Positions 10,585-19,867 of a DNA stretch of 64,000 bases are shown piece after piece; the first letter of the stretch is position 1; every line of letters starts with the position of its first letter. The stretch comes from Patescibacteria group bacterium (lineage in GTDB: Bacteria > Patescibacteriota > Patescibacteriia > JAXHNJ01): contig JBAZMP010000002.1 of assembly GCA_041649715.1 (NCBI GenBank), positions 68,964-132,963 on the forward strand, in the 5' to 3' direction. The notes beneath the pieces are model-generated. The model did not search any database, was not told where the DNA came from, and saw nothing but the letters and a program-made list of their open reading frames with translations. Made by a program: the position numbers and the translations under genes.

Positions 10585-10620
10585 AATAAAAAAAACCCGC
10601 CGTGGTTGAGGCGACGGGAT
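10585..10620 (-). terminator. Intrinsic terminator, near-identical to 11778-11810
   Basis: CCCGCCGTGGTTGAGGCGACGGG hairpin with a U-tract on the minus strand. Confidence 0.75.
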
Positions 10621-10654
10621 TCATTACTGAAGAGTACGATGTTCGGGCATGTTG

Positions 10655-11023
10655 TTAGTGGCCGACCAGGGTTTGGATAGTTGCCTCTAACTTTCTAAAG
10701 CCGTCAAGCTTCTCATAGGAACCATTCGCTCCGCATTCCCGGGCGATGATAGCCAGGCCGCCACTAATCGTTCCAGAGCTCATGAGGATGAAAGGTAAGT
10801 CGGGAAAAAGTTTTTTCCCTTCCTTAACGAATGCCGGCCCATCCATCTCCGGCATCTGGTTGTCGGTGATGACGACTTCAAAGTGATTTTCGCGGAGCCT
10901 GTCCAGCCCTTCCCGGCCATTTTCCGCCGTGGTCACTTCGTATCGGCCGATACTGGTTAAGAGTCGCACCAGTGATTCCAAAAAATCCGGACAATCGTCA
11001 ACGATCAGAATTCTGATTTTCAT
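10655..11023 (-). CDS. Single-domain response regulator (REC)
   Basis: ILIVDD, ITDNQMPEMDG, LMSSG and terminal Lys; SD GAAAGGAG. Confidence 0.9.
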   Translation of the reverse strand: MKIRILIVDDCPDFLESLVRLLTSIGRYEVTTAENGREGLDRLRENHFEVVITDNQMPEMDGPAFVKEGKKLFPDLPFILMSSGTISGGLAIIARECGANGSYEKLDGFRKLEATIQTLVGH

Positions 11024-11051
11024 CCCTATCTCCTTTCTTTCCGCGTAAAGG

Positions 11052-11091
11052 GCGATGGCCGTATCTTAGGCCGGTTGTTAAAGAATGTCAA
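11052..11091 (-). promoter_or_regulatory. Cassette promoter TTGACA-N17-TAAGAT-ACGGCCATCGC
   Basis: 18 bp (11052-11069) identical to 12319-12336. Confidence 0.75.
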
Positions 11092-11170
11092 GAGAGAGAT
11101 TGAGAGATAAAGATACTGAGCGATTAAGCGAGTAAGATTTTAAGATATTGAGAGAATTGAGGAATTGAAT
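11092..11170. repeat. Octamer tandem tract (TTAAGATA/TTGAGCGA family)
   Basis: GAGATTGA GAGATAAA GATACTGA GCGATTAA GCGAGTAA GATTTTAA GATATTGA. Confidence 0.75.
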
Positions 11171-11243
11171 AAAAAAGCGCTTGGTGACTTTTGGAAAAAG
11201 TCAGAGCAAGCGCGTTTGAATAATCAGGGTTTATCCCTTACGG

Positions 11244-11574
11244 TTATTCATTCCAGACAGAGATGAAGGAGAGGGCGATCAGTAAAAGAACGTTAGGAGT
11301 GATGGCGCCGATTACCGGTCCGAGTAAGAGCCAGGCAGGGGAAGGTTTACCAAGGGCGGCTTCCGCCGGATTTTCCGGTTCGCCAACGACGAAGGCGATT
11401 GATAGGAGAAGTCCGACGACGGCGCCGGCGATAGTTATGCCCAGAAGAAAATAGGGATGACGGAACTGAATTAAGGCGTCTATCACCCCCCCAAATGATG
11501 AAAGCGAGGAGGGCGAGGCCCAGCAGGATTTGCCATAATGGCATAGGTTTTTCCCGCGTATCTATGGCGTTCAT
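11244..11574 (-). pseudogene. Membrane protein frameshifted in a G7 run (or a sequencing error)
   Basis: ORFs 11347-11574 and 11244-11486 join as ...AFIIWGVIDALIQ... if one base is removed from the run at 11486-11492; SD GAGAGGTGA. Confidence 0.6.
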
Positions 11575-11654
11575 GTTTTCACCTCTCTTTTCGGTAAAGG
11601 AGCAGTCGCTGATTTGAGAATATTTTATTTTATCACATATAAATAAAAAGACAA

Positions 11655-11735
11655 ATGAGATAGATACTGAGCGATTTGCGCCCGAGGCGGACCAGCCTTG
11701 GGCTGGAAGCGATTAAGATATTGAGTTATTCAGTA
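11655..11735. repeat. Octamer tract containing 30-bp twin-hairpin insertion copy 2 (11677-11706)
   Basis: GAGCGATT[TGCGCCCGAGGCGGA-CCAGCCTTGGGCTGG]AAGCGATTAAGATATTGAG. Confidence 0.7.
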
Positions 11736-11777
11736 ATTATTTAAAACACAGCGTAGACTTTCGAATCTGCGATGGCC

Positions 11778-11810
11778 AATAAAAAAACCCGCCGCGGTTG
11801 AGGCGACGGG
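11778..11810 (-). terminator. Intrinsic terminator, near-identical to 10585-10620
   Basis: CCCGCCGCGGTTGAGGCGACGGG plus A-tract. Confidence 0.75.
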
Positions 11811-11833
11811 GGATTCGACGGAAAGAAATAAAA

Positions 11834-12277
11834 TTATTCCACGACCACCAGGTATTGGTCGGTCCACCTGGCCGAGGAGTACATTCTTATTTGCAATTCT
11901 CCATGGTCGGTGTGGACACAGGTAATAAAAGAGCTTTCCACAAATGAAGATTTACTGAAAGAAACTATGTCTCTCTTTTTTTCTTCGGGAAAGGAGCGGA
12001 AGAAGGCTTCTGTTTCAGCCCGGTCAGGGAAACGTTCGCCAGGCAAGAGTCCTGCCGCGGCCTCGTGGTGATCGAATACTCTTTCTATACTCTTAAGACG
12101 CATTCTGACCACGGATCGCCCGCGACCAGTAATTTGAAATCGATCAAGCGCACCGGGGGTTAGATAGCAATAGAAATGGTGATCGTAATGTTCTTCTGTT
12201 CGGCTTTGGTCATAATCCACCGGCACGAGAAAGTCGGCACCGTCGCGGCTGGCGACGAAAGCAGGTGTTGTGGGCAA
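11834..12277 (-). CDS. Hypothetical protein, degenerate CLec-like family
   Basis: SD AAGGAGG before TTG 12277 (alternative ATG 12310); VPVDYDQS, FQITGRG, W..QYLVVV. Confidence 0.6.
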   Translation of the reverse strand: MPTTPAFVASRDGADFLVPVDYDQSRTEEHYDHHFYCYLTPGALDRFQITGRGRSVVRMRLKSIERVFDHHEAAAGLLPGERFPDRAETEAFFRSFPEEKKRDIVSFSKSSFVESSFITCVHTDHGELQIRMYSSARWTDQYLVVVE

Positions 12278-12318
12278 GATTTCCTCCTTAGTTAAAGAAC
12301 CATTACTCATGTTTTAAA

Positions 12319-12358
12319 GCGATGGCCGTATCTTAGTTCTCTTATAAATAACTGTCAA
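12319..12358 (-). promoter_or_regulatory. Cassette promoter TTGACA-N17-TAAGAT-ACGGCCATCGC
   Basis: Same -10 and start-site block as 11052-11069. Confidence 0.75.
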
Positions 12359-12416
12359 GAATAAAAAGCCCGCTTCAGGATTGAAGGGGGCTTTTAGGTA
12401 AAAAAGGAGCGAGGTG

Positions 12417-12647
12417 TCAATTTTCTACGCGGATCACAAGTCTGTTGTCGGCTATCCAGCTCCGAGCGTGGTTTCGCGGCCAAATAGCATTCATGTTTCT
12501 CGCGTTAGACCAACGTATTCTAGTTTCCTTGGTCTTTTTCAGAATCAAATGAATGTCTTTGTAATTGCCGCTCTTTTTGGTCGGCAGCAAGATGAATCTA
12601 TCACCCACGGCCAACTCCCTGAAAGTCAGATGGACTCTTTTGGCCAC
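12417..12647 (-). CDS. Small basic hypothetical protein
   Basis: SD GAAAGGAG, GTG start, TFRELAVGDRF; terminator at about 12363-12396. Confidence 0.65.
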   Translation of the reverse strand: MAKRVHLTFRELAVGDRFILLPTKKSGNYKDIHLILKKTKETRIRWSNARNMNAIWPRNHARSWIADNRLVIRVEN

Positions 12648-12660
12648 TATTTTACTCCTT

Positions 12661-13071
12661 TCAGAAAAAATTCAGCTGTCTTTTTTCCCCGTCGATTTCG
12701 GCGGAGAGGGGCTTTTGCTGGAGGGAATGCCAGAGCGCCTCGCAGGTCACGGTGAAGTATTCGGGATTGAGGGTTGATTGCAGTCGGGTCAGATCCAGGT
12801 GAAGACGATAGATCCGGGCCTGACTATAGCCCATCAGCGAGACGCCGAGGAACTGATGGATTGACGCTTTATAGGCGTTAAGCCGTGGATTTTTCGCCAG
12901 AAAAACCTGGACGAATCTTTCTTTTGTTTTCCGGGCGATGACGCGGCCGAAAAGGTCGCGGTTGAAGGCCGGCAGTTGATCCAGCCGGCAGGCCGGTTCG
13001 AGCTCGAACAGGAATTCGCAGGTAAGGGGCGAGGAGTTGGGCAAGGATTTAGCGGGCGTGGCGCTGGGCAT
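12661..13071 (-). CDS. Hypothetical protein
   Basis: SD AAAGGAG before MPSATPAK. Confidence 0.6.
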   Translation of the reverse strand: MPSATPAKSLPNSSPLTCEFLFELEPACRLDQLPAFNRDLFGRVIARKTKERFVQVFLAKNPRLNAYKASIHQFLGVSLMGYSQARIYRLHLDLTRLQSTLNPEYFTVTCEALWHSLQQKPLSAEIDGEKRQLNFF

Positions 13072-13234
13072 TTTTTCTCCTTTTGGGTTGAGGGGCCGGG
13101 GTAATGGGGAGGGTATAAATTCCCACATGAATTTTTCTTTTCCAGGCCGGCCATTTTTCCATTCTTCGGTTGGTTTCTTCGATAAAGGCGCGAAGAGGCA
13201 TCTTCTTTTTTGTCCGCTTGACGGTTTCAGGCAT
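13049..13234 (-). CDS. WPAWK-motif microprotein 2 (61 aa)
   Basis: SD AAGGAGG; MPETVK...MEKWPAWKRKIHVGIYTLPI. Confidence 0.6.
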   Translation of the reverse strand: MPETVKRTKKKMPLRAFIEETNRRMEKWPAWKRKIHVGIYTLPITPAPQPKRRKNAQRHAR

Positions 13235-13394
13235 TCGGTTTTTCCTCCTTTTCCGGCAGAGGCAGACGATAGATGAAAAGCAGTTTTGACGCTCTTTTTT
13301 TCCAGGCCGGCCAGGCGTCATAGATTTTCTTGGCCTCTTCAGCGTTCTGCCAAAAGGCGGCGACCTCTCTTTCTTCTTTCTTTGTGAGTGGCAT
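13227..13394 (-). CDS. WPAWK-motif microprotein 1 (55 aa, not in the ORF track)
   Basis: SD GAAAGGAGGAG; MPLTKKEEREVAAFWQNAEEAKKIYDAWPAWKKRASKLLFIYRLPLPEKEEKPNA. Confidence 0.65.
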   Translation of the reverse strand: MPLTKKEEREVAAFWQNAEEAKKIYDAWPAWKKRASKLLFIYRLPLPEKEEKPNA

Positions 13395-13468
13395 CAACTC
13401 CTCCTTTCACCCCGGCGCGACTGGCACTTTTCTTTTTAAAGGGCGGCTTTATTTGAAAACAATAGGAT

Positions 13469-13497
13469 ATCTTAACAGGATAATAAGAAAGTGTCAA
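13469..13497 (-). promoter_or_regulatory. sigma70 promoter of the four-gene microprotein operon
   Basis: TTGACA-N17-TAAGAT. Confidence 0.7.
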
Positions 13498-13540
13498 GCA
13501 TATGACAAAAAAACAGAAAGTTATTATATTCTGTTTTTTG

Positions 13541-13627
13541 TGGTGCCCAGGAGAGGAGTTGAACCTCCAAGCCCTTGCGGGCACAAGGTCCTAAACCTTG
13601 CGTGTCTGCCAATTTCACCACCTGGGC
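13541..13627 (-). tRNA. tRNA-Leu(TAG)
   Basis: GCCCAGG acceptor, CAAGG-TT-TAG-GA-CCTTG anticodon arm, long variable arm, encoded CCA. Confidence 0.95.
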
Positions 13628-13767
13628 ATAAACATTAAAATCTAGCTTTATTTTAGCAAATTGTCAATATATTTGACAGCCAAGCCTGATTTGGTTAAGA
13701 TAAATAACTCTATAAATCGATAAACATTTGTTGTTTCAAGTTCTTTCCCAAAAGAAAGGGAGGAGTC

Positions 13768-14827
13768 ATGAATAAGAGAGAGAACGGTTTTTCCAAGAAA
13801 GGCGAATTGGCAATTATGACGGGAAATGCCAATCCCGACCTAGTCCAGAAAGTGGCCAAGATTTTGGGAGAAGATTTGTTTCTCCGGACTCAGATTGGCA
13901 GCTTCCGCGACAAAGAGTGTCGGATCATTTCCGTCGATGATGCCCGCGGCCGCGATGTTTATCTGATTCAGCCGACGGGACAGCCTGATCGTAATCTGGT
14001 TGAGATCGAACTTCTGGTCGGAGCAATTCGGCGCTCAGCGGAAAAGATCACCGTGGTGATTCCTTACTTCGGCTACAGCCGGCAGGAACGTCGAGGAGAA
14101 TCGCGTCAGCCGATTTCCATTAATAGCGTGATGCGTCGTTTGGTCGGGACGGGTATCGACGGTCTGGTTTTTTTCCACCTGCACAATCCGGTCTCAGCGG
14201 GCATCCCCGAGGCGATCGACCCGCATATGAAGGTGGATCATCTTAATGCCAGGACGATCATCCTCGATTATCTGATGAAGTCACGCAATCTGAAGAAGAC
14301 GACGATCGCTTCTGCGGATGTCGGTGGCACTGCTTTCGCTCGGTCTTGTTGGCAGCGTCTCCACGCCGCGGCGCCGAAAGTCGGTTTTGGCCTGGCCTAT
14401 AAGGTGGGTACCAGTTCGACTGGGATTGAAGAGGTTAAGCTCTTCGGCGATTATCGGGGCAGGGAAGTCGTATTTATCGATGACATGACGACCCAGCGGC
14501 GATACGATCATCAAGGCCAGCAAGGCGGCTAAAGATCGGGAGGCAAATACGATTGAAGGAGTTCTCGTCCATCCCGTTTTGGCCGATGAGCAGGTCTGCT
14601 ATGATCTCGCGGCCAGCCCAATTGATCGTTTCGTGATGACCGACAGTCTGGCCATTCCTCAGCGGTACCTGGATATTCTGGGCTACAAGCTGGAAGTGCT
14701 TTCCCTCGATAAGCTACTGGCGCTGGCCATCTGGCATTTGCATACCGATCAGAGCATGACTCAATTATTTGAACTGGAAGGGTATCTCGAGAGTTTCGCG
14801 GCCATGCAGAAGGAATTGGCAAAGTAG
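13768..14827 (+). pseudogene. prs: Ribose-phosphate pyrophosphokinase, divergent, with a +1 frameshift
   Basis: RGRDVYLIQPT, VIPYFGYSRQER; an extra C at 14492-14494 breaks IDDMTTSGDTIIKA; the C-terminus continues in the next frame. Confidence 0.8.
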
Positions 14828-15033
14828 TAGTTAATCGATCTTTCACCGGGCGCCTGTGCTTTTAAGCAGGCGCCTTTTTATATAAGTGCATAATTTGTGG
14901 AAACTGGGGCTTGACAAAAAAAGCGTAAAAATTTAAGATATATATGTAGACAGATTTTGGTGGCTCCGCTAAAGGGGTCACCAAAATTTTTTTATATAGA
15001 CATTTTTTCGGTGGTTTTTAAGGAAAACCGTAT

Positions 15034-17280
15034 ATGTCAAAGAAAACTATTTTCTTTAGTTTAGCTCTTTTTATTTCGTTAGTTCTCGCTCACCAAGTTA
15101 AAGCAGAGAACACCCCCGCAGTAGTTATAAATGAGCTAATGTGGATGGGCTCTAATTTGTCATCCTATGACGAATGGATCGAGCTGAAAAATACGACGGG
15201 AGCGGAAATAGATTTATCCGGCTGGTATTTAACCAAAGAATCTTCGGGTACGGAAATACAGATGTTAAAAATCCCGGCGGGAAAGAAAATATCCGCCTCC
15301 GGATTTTTTGTGATTTCCAATTATGACACTACTTCGGCAAACTGTGTCTTAAATTTTACGTCGGATTTGGTGGATTCGGATGTATCTTTGGCAAATTCCG
15401 CCTTACAAATAAAACTCTACGACTCGGCCGGTAATTTGATCGATATCGCTGATGATGGTTCGGGCAGTCCCTTAGCCGGAGAATATGCTTCCGGCATGAC
15501 TTGGAAATCCATGGAAAGGAACAACAGAATAACAGACGGCACGCTCGCCACGGCCTGGCATACCGCCGCCGGGCAGGGCAAATTAAAAGACGGCAGTTTG
15601 ATTTACGGCACGCCTGGCCAGGGAAATTCCAACCTGACGCCGATACCTTTGGCCGGCGGCGGACAGGAAGTGACGGAGGGAGACCAAGTCTTGTTTGACG
15701 CGTCTGATTCATACGATCCCGACGGCGATGAGCTGAGCTATGCTTGGGATTTTGGCGATGGAAACACCGGCGCCGGTCTTACCCCGGATCATATATATAC
15801 AATAATGGGCGAATATACCGTGACCTTGACGGTATCTGACGGCGTCAACCAGGCGACGGATTCGCTGCTGATTATTGTAAAAAAGAAGGAGGAAGTGATT
15901 ATTACCCCTGGACCAGAGCCTGGTAACGAAGAGGATAAAGGTGACAGCGCTGATGAAGACGAAGATGTCGAAGACCCGGGATCCGAGAGCCCAGATGAAG
16001 AAACGGCGAAGCCGGAAAGCGGCATAAAATATGATTTTTCCGACAAGATATTATTCTCAGAAATTTTTCCCAATCCAGACGGCGAGGATGCGGCTGGCGA
16101 ATTTATTGAATTTGTCAATACGGATAGCCGGCCGGTGAATTTGCGCGGCTGGAAAATATTAATCGGCGACAAGCCCTACCTTTTTGAAGCCGATACGGTG
16201 ATCCAGAAAGGGGGTTTCCTGGTGGTTAAACATGATCAGACAAAGATCTATCTCAAAAATTCCGGACAAACACTCTATTTATCTGATCCGAATAAGAAAA
16301 TAGTCAATGGCGTGACCTATGGTTTAGCCAAAGAGAATTTAAGTTTTAGCCGGAAGCCGGGGCAGGAGAGTTGGGGATGGACGGCTGCGGTGACGGAAGG
16401 TAAGGTGAATGTAATCCAAGATGTTCGTAACGAGGAAGCACGCGACAAGGAGATCGGAGACGAGAAGATCGGCAATAATATAAAAGAAGTAAGTCTTTCG
16501 CAGGCGAAAAATTTAGAAATAGGAGAGAAGGTTAGGATAATAGGCTGGGCCGCGGTGATGCCCGGGGTTTTTGGCGTCCAGTACTTCTATATTTTTGACG
16601 GTCAAACCGGTCTCATGGTTTATTCATCCAAAAAAAACTTTCCGGATTTAAAAATCGGCGATTATATTGAAGTAACCGGCAAACTGGCGGAAAGCGCGGG
16701 CGAAAAAAAGATTAACATCAGCGCCAAAGAGGATATAAAGATGTTGTCGGCCAAAGAATTTCCGGCCGCGCTGAATATTTCGTTTGATGAGATTGACGAA
16801 AACTTGGCTGGCAGCTTGGTTGTCGTTTCCGGCGAAGTATTGAGCGCTTCCGGTAGTACGATTGTTTTGAGCAATGACAGCGGCGAAATGGAAGTATATT
16901 TAAAAAGAGGCACGGGGCTTAAAGCCAAGAATTATAAGGAAGGAGAAAATCTAACAGTCCTTGGTATTTTAGCGCCGTATGAAGAAACTTACCGGCTTTT
17001 GCCACGGGTGGCCGGTGATTTGAAAAAAGAAGAAATAAAAGTGGCAGAGAGCGCAAAGAGCGCCGAGAATAAAAAGGATCAAAAGGTTTTGGAAAATGAC
17101 ACGACCGCCGGGCAAGAAGGCGCAGTGCTGGGAGCCAGCGATAAGGCCATTGATTTAACCGCGGAAAAACCGGATTCGCTTTTAAAATATATTATAGTTT
17201 TGGGAGTAAGCATGTTATTAGTCTCTTCAGCCTTAATTTATCGGCGGTTTAGAAATAAAAAAGAGATAATTCAGACATAA
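15034..17280 (+). CDS. Surface protein: lamin-tail domain, PKD domain, second lamin-tail domain, OB-folds, C-terminal TM
   Basis: Signal peptide; VVINELMW...DEWIELKN; FDASDSYDPDGDELSYAWDFGDG; SEIFPNP...EFIEF; LLPR. Confidence 0.85.
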   Translation: MSKKTIFFSLALFISLVLAHQVKAENTPAVVINELMWMGSNLSSYDEWIELKNTTGAEIDLSGWYLTKESSGTEIQMLKIPAGKKISASGFFVISNYDTTSANCVLNFTSDLVDSDVSLANSALQIKLYDSAGNLIDIADDGSGSPLAGEYASGMTWKSMERNNRITDGTLATAWHTAAGQGKLKDGSLIYGTPGQGNSNLTPIPLAGGGQEVTEGDQVLFDASDSYDPDGDELSYAWDFGDGNTGAGLTPDHIYTIMGEYTVTLTVSDGVNQATDSLLIIVKKKEEVIITPGPEPGNEEDKGDSADEDEDVEDPGSESPDEETAKPESGIKYDFSDKILFSEIFPNPDGEDAAGEFIEFVNTDSRPVNLRGWKILIGDKPYLFEADTVIQKGGFLVVKHDQTKIYLKNSGQTLYLSDPNKKIVNGVTYGLAKENLSFSRKPGQESWGWTAAVTEGKVNVIQDVRNEEARDKEIGDEKIGNNIKEVSLSQAKNLEIGEKVRIIGWAAVMPGVFGVQYFYIFDGQTGLMVYSSKKNFPDLKIGDYIEVTGKLAESAGEKKINISAKEDIKMLSAKEFPAALNISFDEIDENLAGSLVVVSGEVLSASGSTIVLSNDSGEMEVYLKRGTGLKAKNYKEGENLTVLGILAPYEETYRLLPRVAGDLKKEEIKVAESAKSAENKKDQKVLENDTTAGQEGAVLGASDKAIDLTAEKPDSLLKYIIVLGVSMLLVSSALIYRRFRNKKEIIQT

Positions 17281-17329
17281 AAAAGATCCCCGCAAGTAGG
17301 CTTGCGGGGAGTCGAGCACTTTTATCGAG

Positions 17330-17485
17330 TCAAAATTTCCAGCCAGGATTGGTCACGACGATAATAGTGAAGACCAGTAGTCCCATAAGCAGGGAGGTGA
17401 CCAGGAATCCTGGGTACGAGTCCATGTCGAGCGGCTTGCTCAAAAACCTGTTCCACTTTTTCTCTAAATTCTTCAGGTATCGCAT
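17330..17485 (-). CDS. 51-aa single-TM microprotein (not in the ORF track)
   Basis: SD GAAAGGAG; MRYLKNLEKKWNRFLSKPLDMDSYPGFLVTSLLMGLLVFTIIVVTNPGWKF. Confidence 0.55.
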   Translation of the reverse strand: MRYLKNLEKKWNRFLSKPLDMDSYPGFLVTSLLMGLLVFTIIVVTNPGWKF

Positions 17486-17532
17486 GGGAATCTCCTTTCC
17501 TCCTTTTGGATCTCGGTAGGAGCGTAACCAAG

Positions 17533-18009
17533 TCAGAGCGGTTCGCCATTGGCGAAACGTTTTGCCTCTTCAACCATGTAGTTGAAGTACACATGGTCTG
17601 GCAGACAATGAACTCTAAGAATAAGCTCGGGATCTCCCGGCTGAAGCGCCTGACACTTGTTCGCCTCCACGATATTCGATACGGCATACCCGTCAGGTAT
17701 TTCACTCTTTATACAATCAGCCAGAGAGAGGCCATCTCTAAAACACACTTCTCTCACTTCTTGGACATAGACACCTATGCCTATCAGGATAAACACGCTA
17801 TCTAGTCCCTTTTTCCGGAGTACTGAAGCCCGAGCAATAAGGCTTGGCCAAAGCACATTTTTGCGATTGTACTTGCCTCGTATTATTTTGATCTCGTCAT
17901 CAACAAAATCCCAGCGCCTACAAACTGCCCATAACCAAGGAAAGTCACGGTTGACAAGCCGGAGATTTTGAATAAACCGACGACCAGAATTATTCTTCTG
18001 ATCTGACAT
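17533..18009 (-). CDS. Hypothetical protein
   Basis: SD AAGGAGGT before MSDQKNN. Confidence 0.6.
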   Translation of the reverse strand: MSDQKNNSGRRFIQNLRLVNRDFPWLWAVCRRWDFVDDEIKIIRGKYNRKNVLWPSLIARASVLRKKGLDSVFILIGIGVYVQEVREVCFRDGLSLADCIKSEIPDGYAVSNIVEANKCQALQPGDPELILRVHCLPDHVYFNYMVEEAKRFANGEPL

Positions 18010-18216
18010 CTCGCACCTCCTTGGGACATCCGTCCCTTTGAGTCCATCCGGACAACCAAGAAACAAGCAATCTATCTATTAAAGGGTGTTATTCCCGAAT
18101 TTTTTTGCCGATAAAAAGTGCATTTAACTCCGTACAGTATCATGTTTATTGTATTTTGTCAATAGTTGTAAAAAAAACGGCTATCGAAGGTTCAAACTTC
18201 TTTAGCCGTATGACGT

Positions 18217-19293
18217 TTACGATGAAAGATCAAGTTCTGCGGCTGAACGCAGAAAAAGCGTGGCGCTCCAGAGTTGCTCGGATGCGCCGTATCCCTGGCC
18301 CGTAGCGGGATCATACCATTCGCGAAATCCCTCAAGGCCGAGGAGTTTTTTGAATTGGCTTTCCGCCAGGTCGCGTTCGCCCATTTTGATGAGCGCCAGG
18401 ATAGAAAAGCCGACAACGAACGGCCAAATGACCACGCCGTCGGTTCGTTCAATGACCCTTTCCTCTTCCGGCGAGATCGGATTGTGTCGGCACTTTATGG
18501 TAATGCCGTGCGGGGTATCTACCGACCGGAAACTGGCCGCCAGACTGGGATAGTGTTCCCGGGGCGCCACATCATAGAGAATGGCGAAAGCGCCGCCCAG
18601 CGGATCAAATCGCAGGTTACCCGGATAGTCCAGGTAAAAACCGTCCTGCCAAAATTGTCGGCTGATCTTTCGGCGAAGTTGAGCGGCTTTCTTTGTTTCT
18701 CCCATGAGTCGATAGGCGTGGTACATAAGCGAATTGTTGGTGAGAAGCGGTTTTTCGCCCAGCTCGCGTTCCATGGTGTCGCGCCAGTCGCAGCCGATAA
18801 CAAGATTGTTTTTCATCAGATTTCTCTCAATGTAATTGAGAGCGTTTTGTATCTGCGAAGCATATCTTATTAGCAGATTTTTATCTCTCGTGCGTTCCGC
18901 GTATTCATGCATTCCGATAAGGTAGAGAATTTCCGAGTCGCGCGTTCCCGGCGTGAGATTCCATAATTTTCCTGCCAGGAAGCGTCGGAGCATGAACGAA
19001 CATTTCCGGTCTTTCCAGCTTTTACTTATTTTGTCGAGGAGAAAGGGATACAGCCGGTCGAGGAAAAGAATCGGGATTTGACCGTTTGGCCGCTGACGCT
19101 TGGATAGGTTCTCGAGATGAATTTTTACGATTTGTGTTTCGCCCAAGGCAAGCAAGGCCGGCATAATCGCCAGAGCAAAATCCCGCGTCCAGCACTGATA
19201 ACGATACCGACTGGGATCGGCCCAAACGCCCTTTGTGCCGATACATCTTCGGAGAATCTTGTCGGCGTTTCTCTTTTTTTCTTCCGATGACAT
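18217..19293 (-). CDS. (alpha/alpha)6 glycoside hydrolase (GH100/amylo-alpha-1,6-glucosidase-like)
   Basis: YQCWTRDF, QRPNGQIP, DWRD, IWPFV, FREWY, QLWSA; SD GGGAGGT. Confidence 0.8.
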   Translation of the reverse strand: MSSEEKKRNADKILRRCIGTKGVWADPSRYRYQCWTRDFALAIMPALLALGETQIVKIHLENLSKRQRPNGQIPILFLDRLYPFLLDKISKSWKDRKCSFMLRRFLAGKLWNLTPGTRDSEILYLIGMHEYAERTRDKNLLIRYASQIQNALNYIERNLMKNNLVIGCDWRDTMERELGEKPLLTNNSLMYHAYRLMGETKKAAQLRRKISRQFWQDGFYLDYPGNLRFDPLGGAFAILYDVAPREHYPSLAASFRSVDTPHGITIKCRHNPISPEEERVIERTDGVVIWPFVVGFSILALIKMGERDLAESQFKKLLGLEGFREWYDPATGQGYGASEQLWSATLFLRSAAELDLSS

Positions 19294-19428
19294 TACATTA
19301 CCTCCCGTTAGTTATTTGCGTTGATGACAAAGAACCGGATAAAAAATCATATATTAAAAACGTCGAAATGTCAAGGGTTATTATGGGGAAATAAAAAAGC
19401 CAGCTTGTTTAAGGCTGGCTTCGCAGGG

Positions 19429-19719
19429 TCAGGGTTTGTCGGCCGGTGTTTGGGGCGGCGTATTTTTTTTGAAAAAAATCCGGTCGCCGGGCTGAACCCG
19501 TGCGTGGTTGAGGGTATCCGCCTTGACCTGGAAAGGCGTGAAATGGCTGGTGATTTTTTCCACTTGTTCGTCTCTGATCTTAAGACCCGTAATGGCGTGG
19601 AAATCGTCATCCAGATTGACGGCGATAGAATCGCCGATGGCCACGAACCAAAAAGGTACCGTGATCCTGATCCAGCCGTCAGCAATTTCTTCGACGGTGC
19701 CCAAGAGATGAGCGTCCAT
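19429..19719 (-). CDS. Small beta-barrel protein (EF domain II/U32 C-terminal-like, divergent)
   Basis: LGTVEE...VAIGDSI...ITGLKIRDEQVEK...VQPGDRIF; own promoter, SD and terminator. Confidence 0.5.
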   Translation of the reverse strand: MDAHLLGTVEEIADGWIRITVPFWFVAIGDSIAVNLDDDFHAITGLKIRDEQVEKITSHFTPFQVKADTLNHARVQPGDRIFFKKNTPPQTPADKP

Positions 19720-19867
19720 CCTTCCCCCTTGAATTCGGGTTGAAAAGAGCGTTTAAATCTATTATTCTGCCTTTATCTTAGGGAGCTTGTTTAAAATTGT
19801 CAATGCTTCGCAATAATAAAAAAAACCGGTCTCCCGCAGGGAGACCGGTCGAATTTCTTTTGGGGAA

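Noticed and set aside
11092-11170. Periodic tracts here and at 44112 and 46630 as CRISPR arrays
   Set aside because: The units are 7-8 nt and degenerate, with no unique spacers and no cas genes.
10508-12358. Classical integron
   Set aside because: No IntI and no recognisable attC (RYYYAAC...GTTRRRY) sites; the cassettes carry their own promoters.
17322-17705. 127-aa minus-strand ORF from the track
   Set aside because: It overlaps two better-supported SD-led ORFs (17533-18009 and 17330-17485) in other frames.
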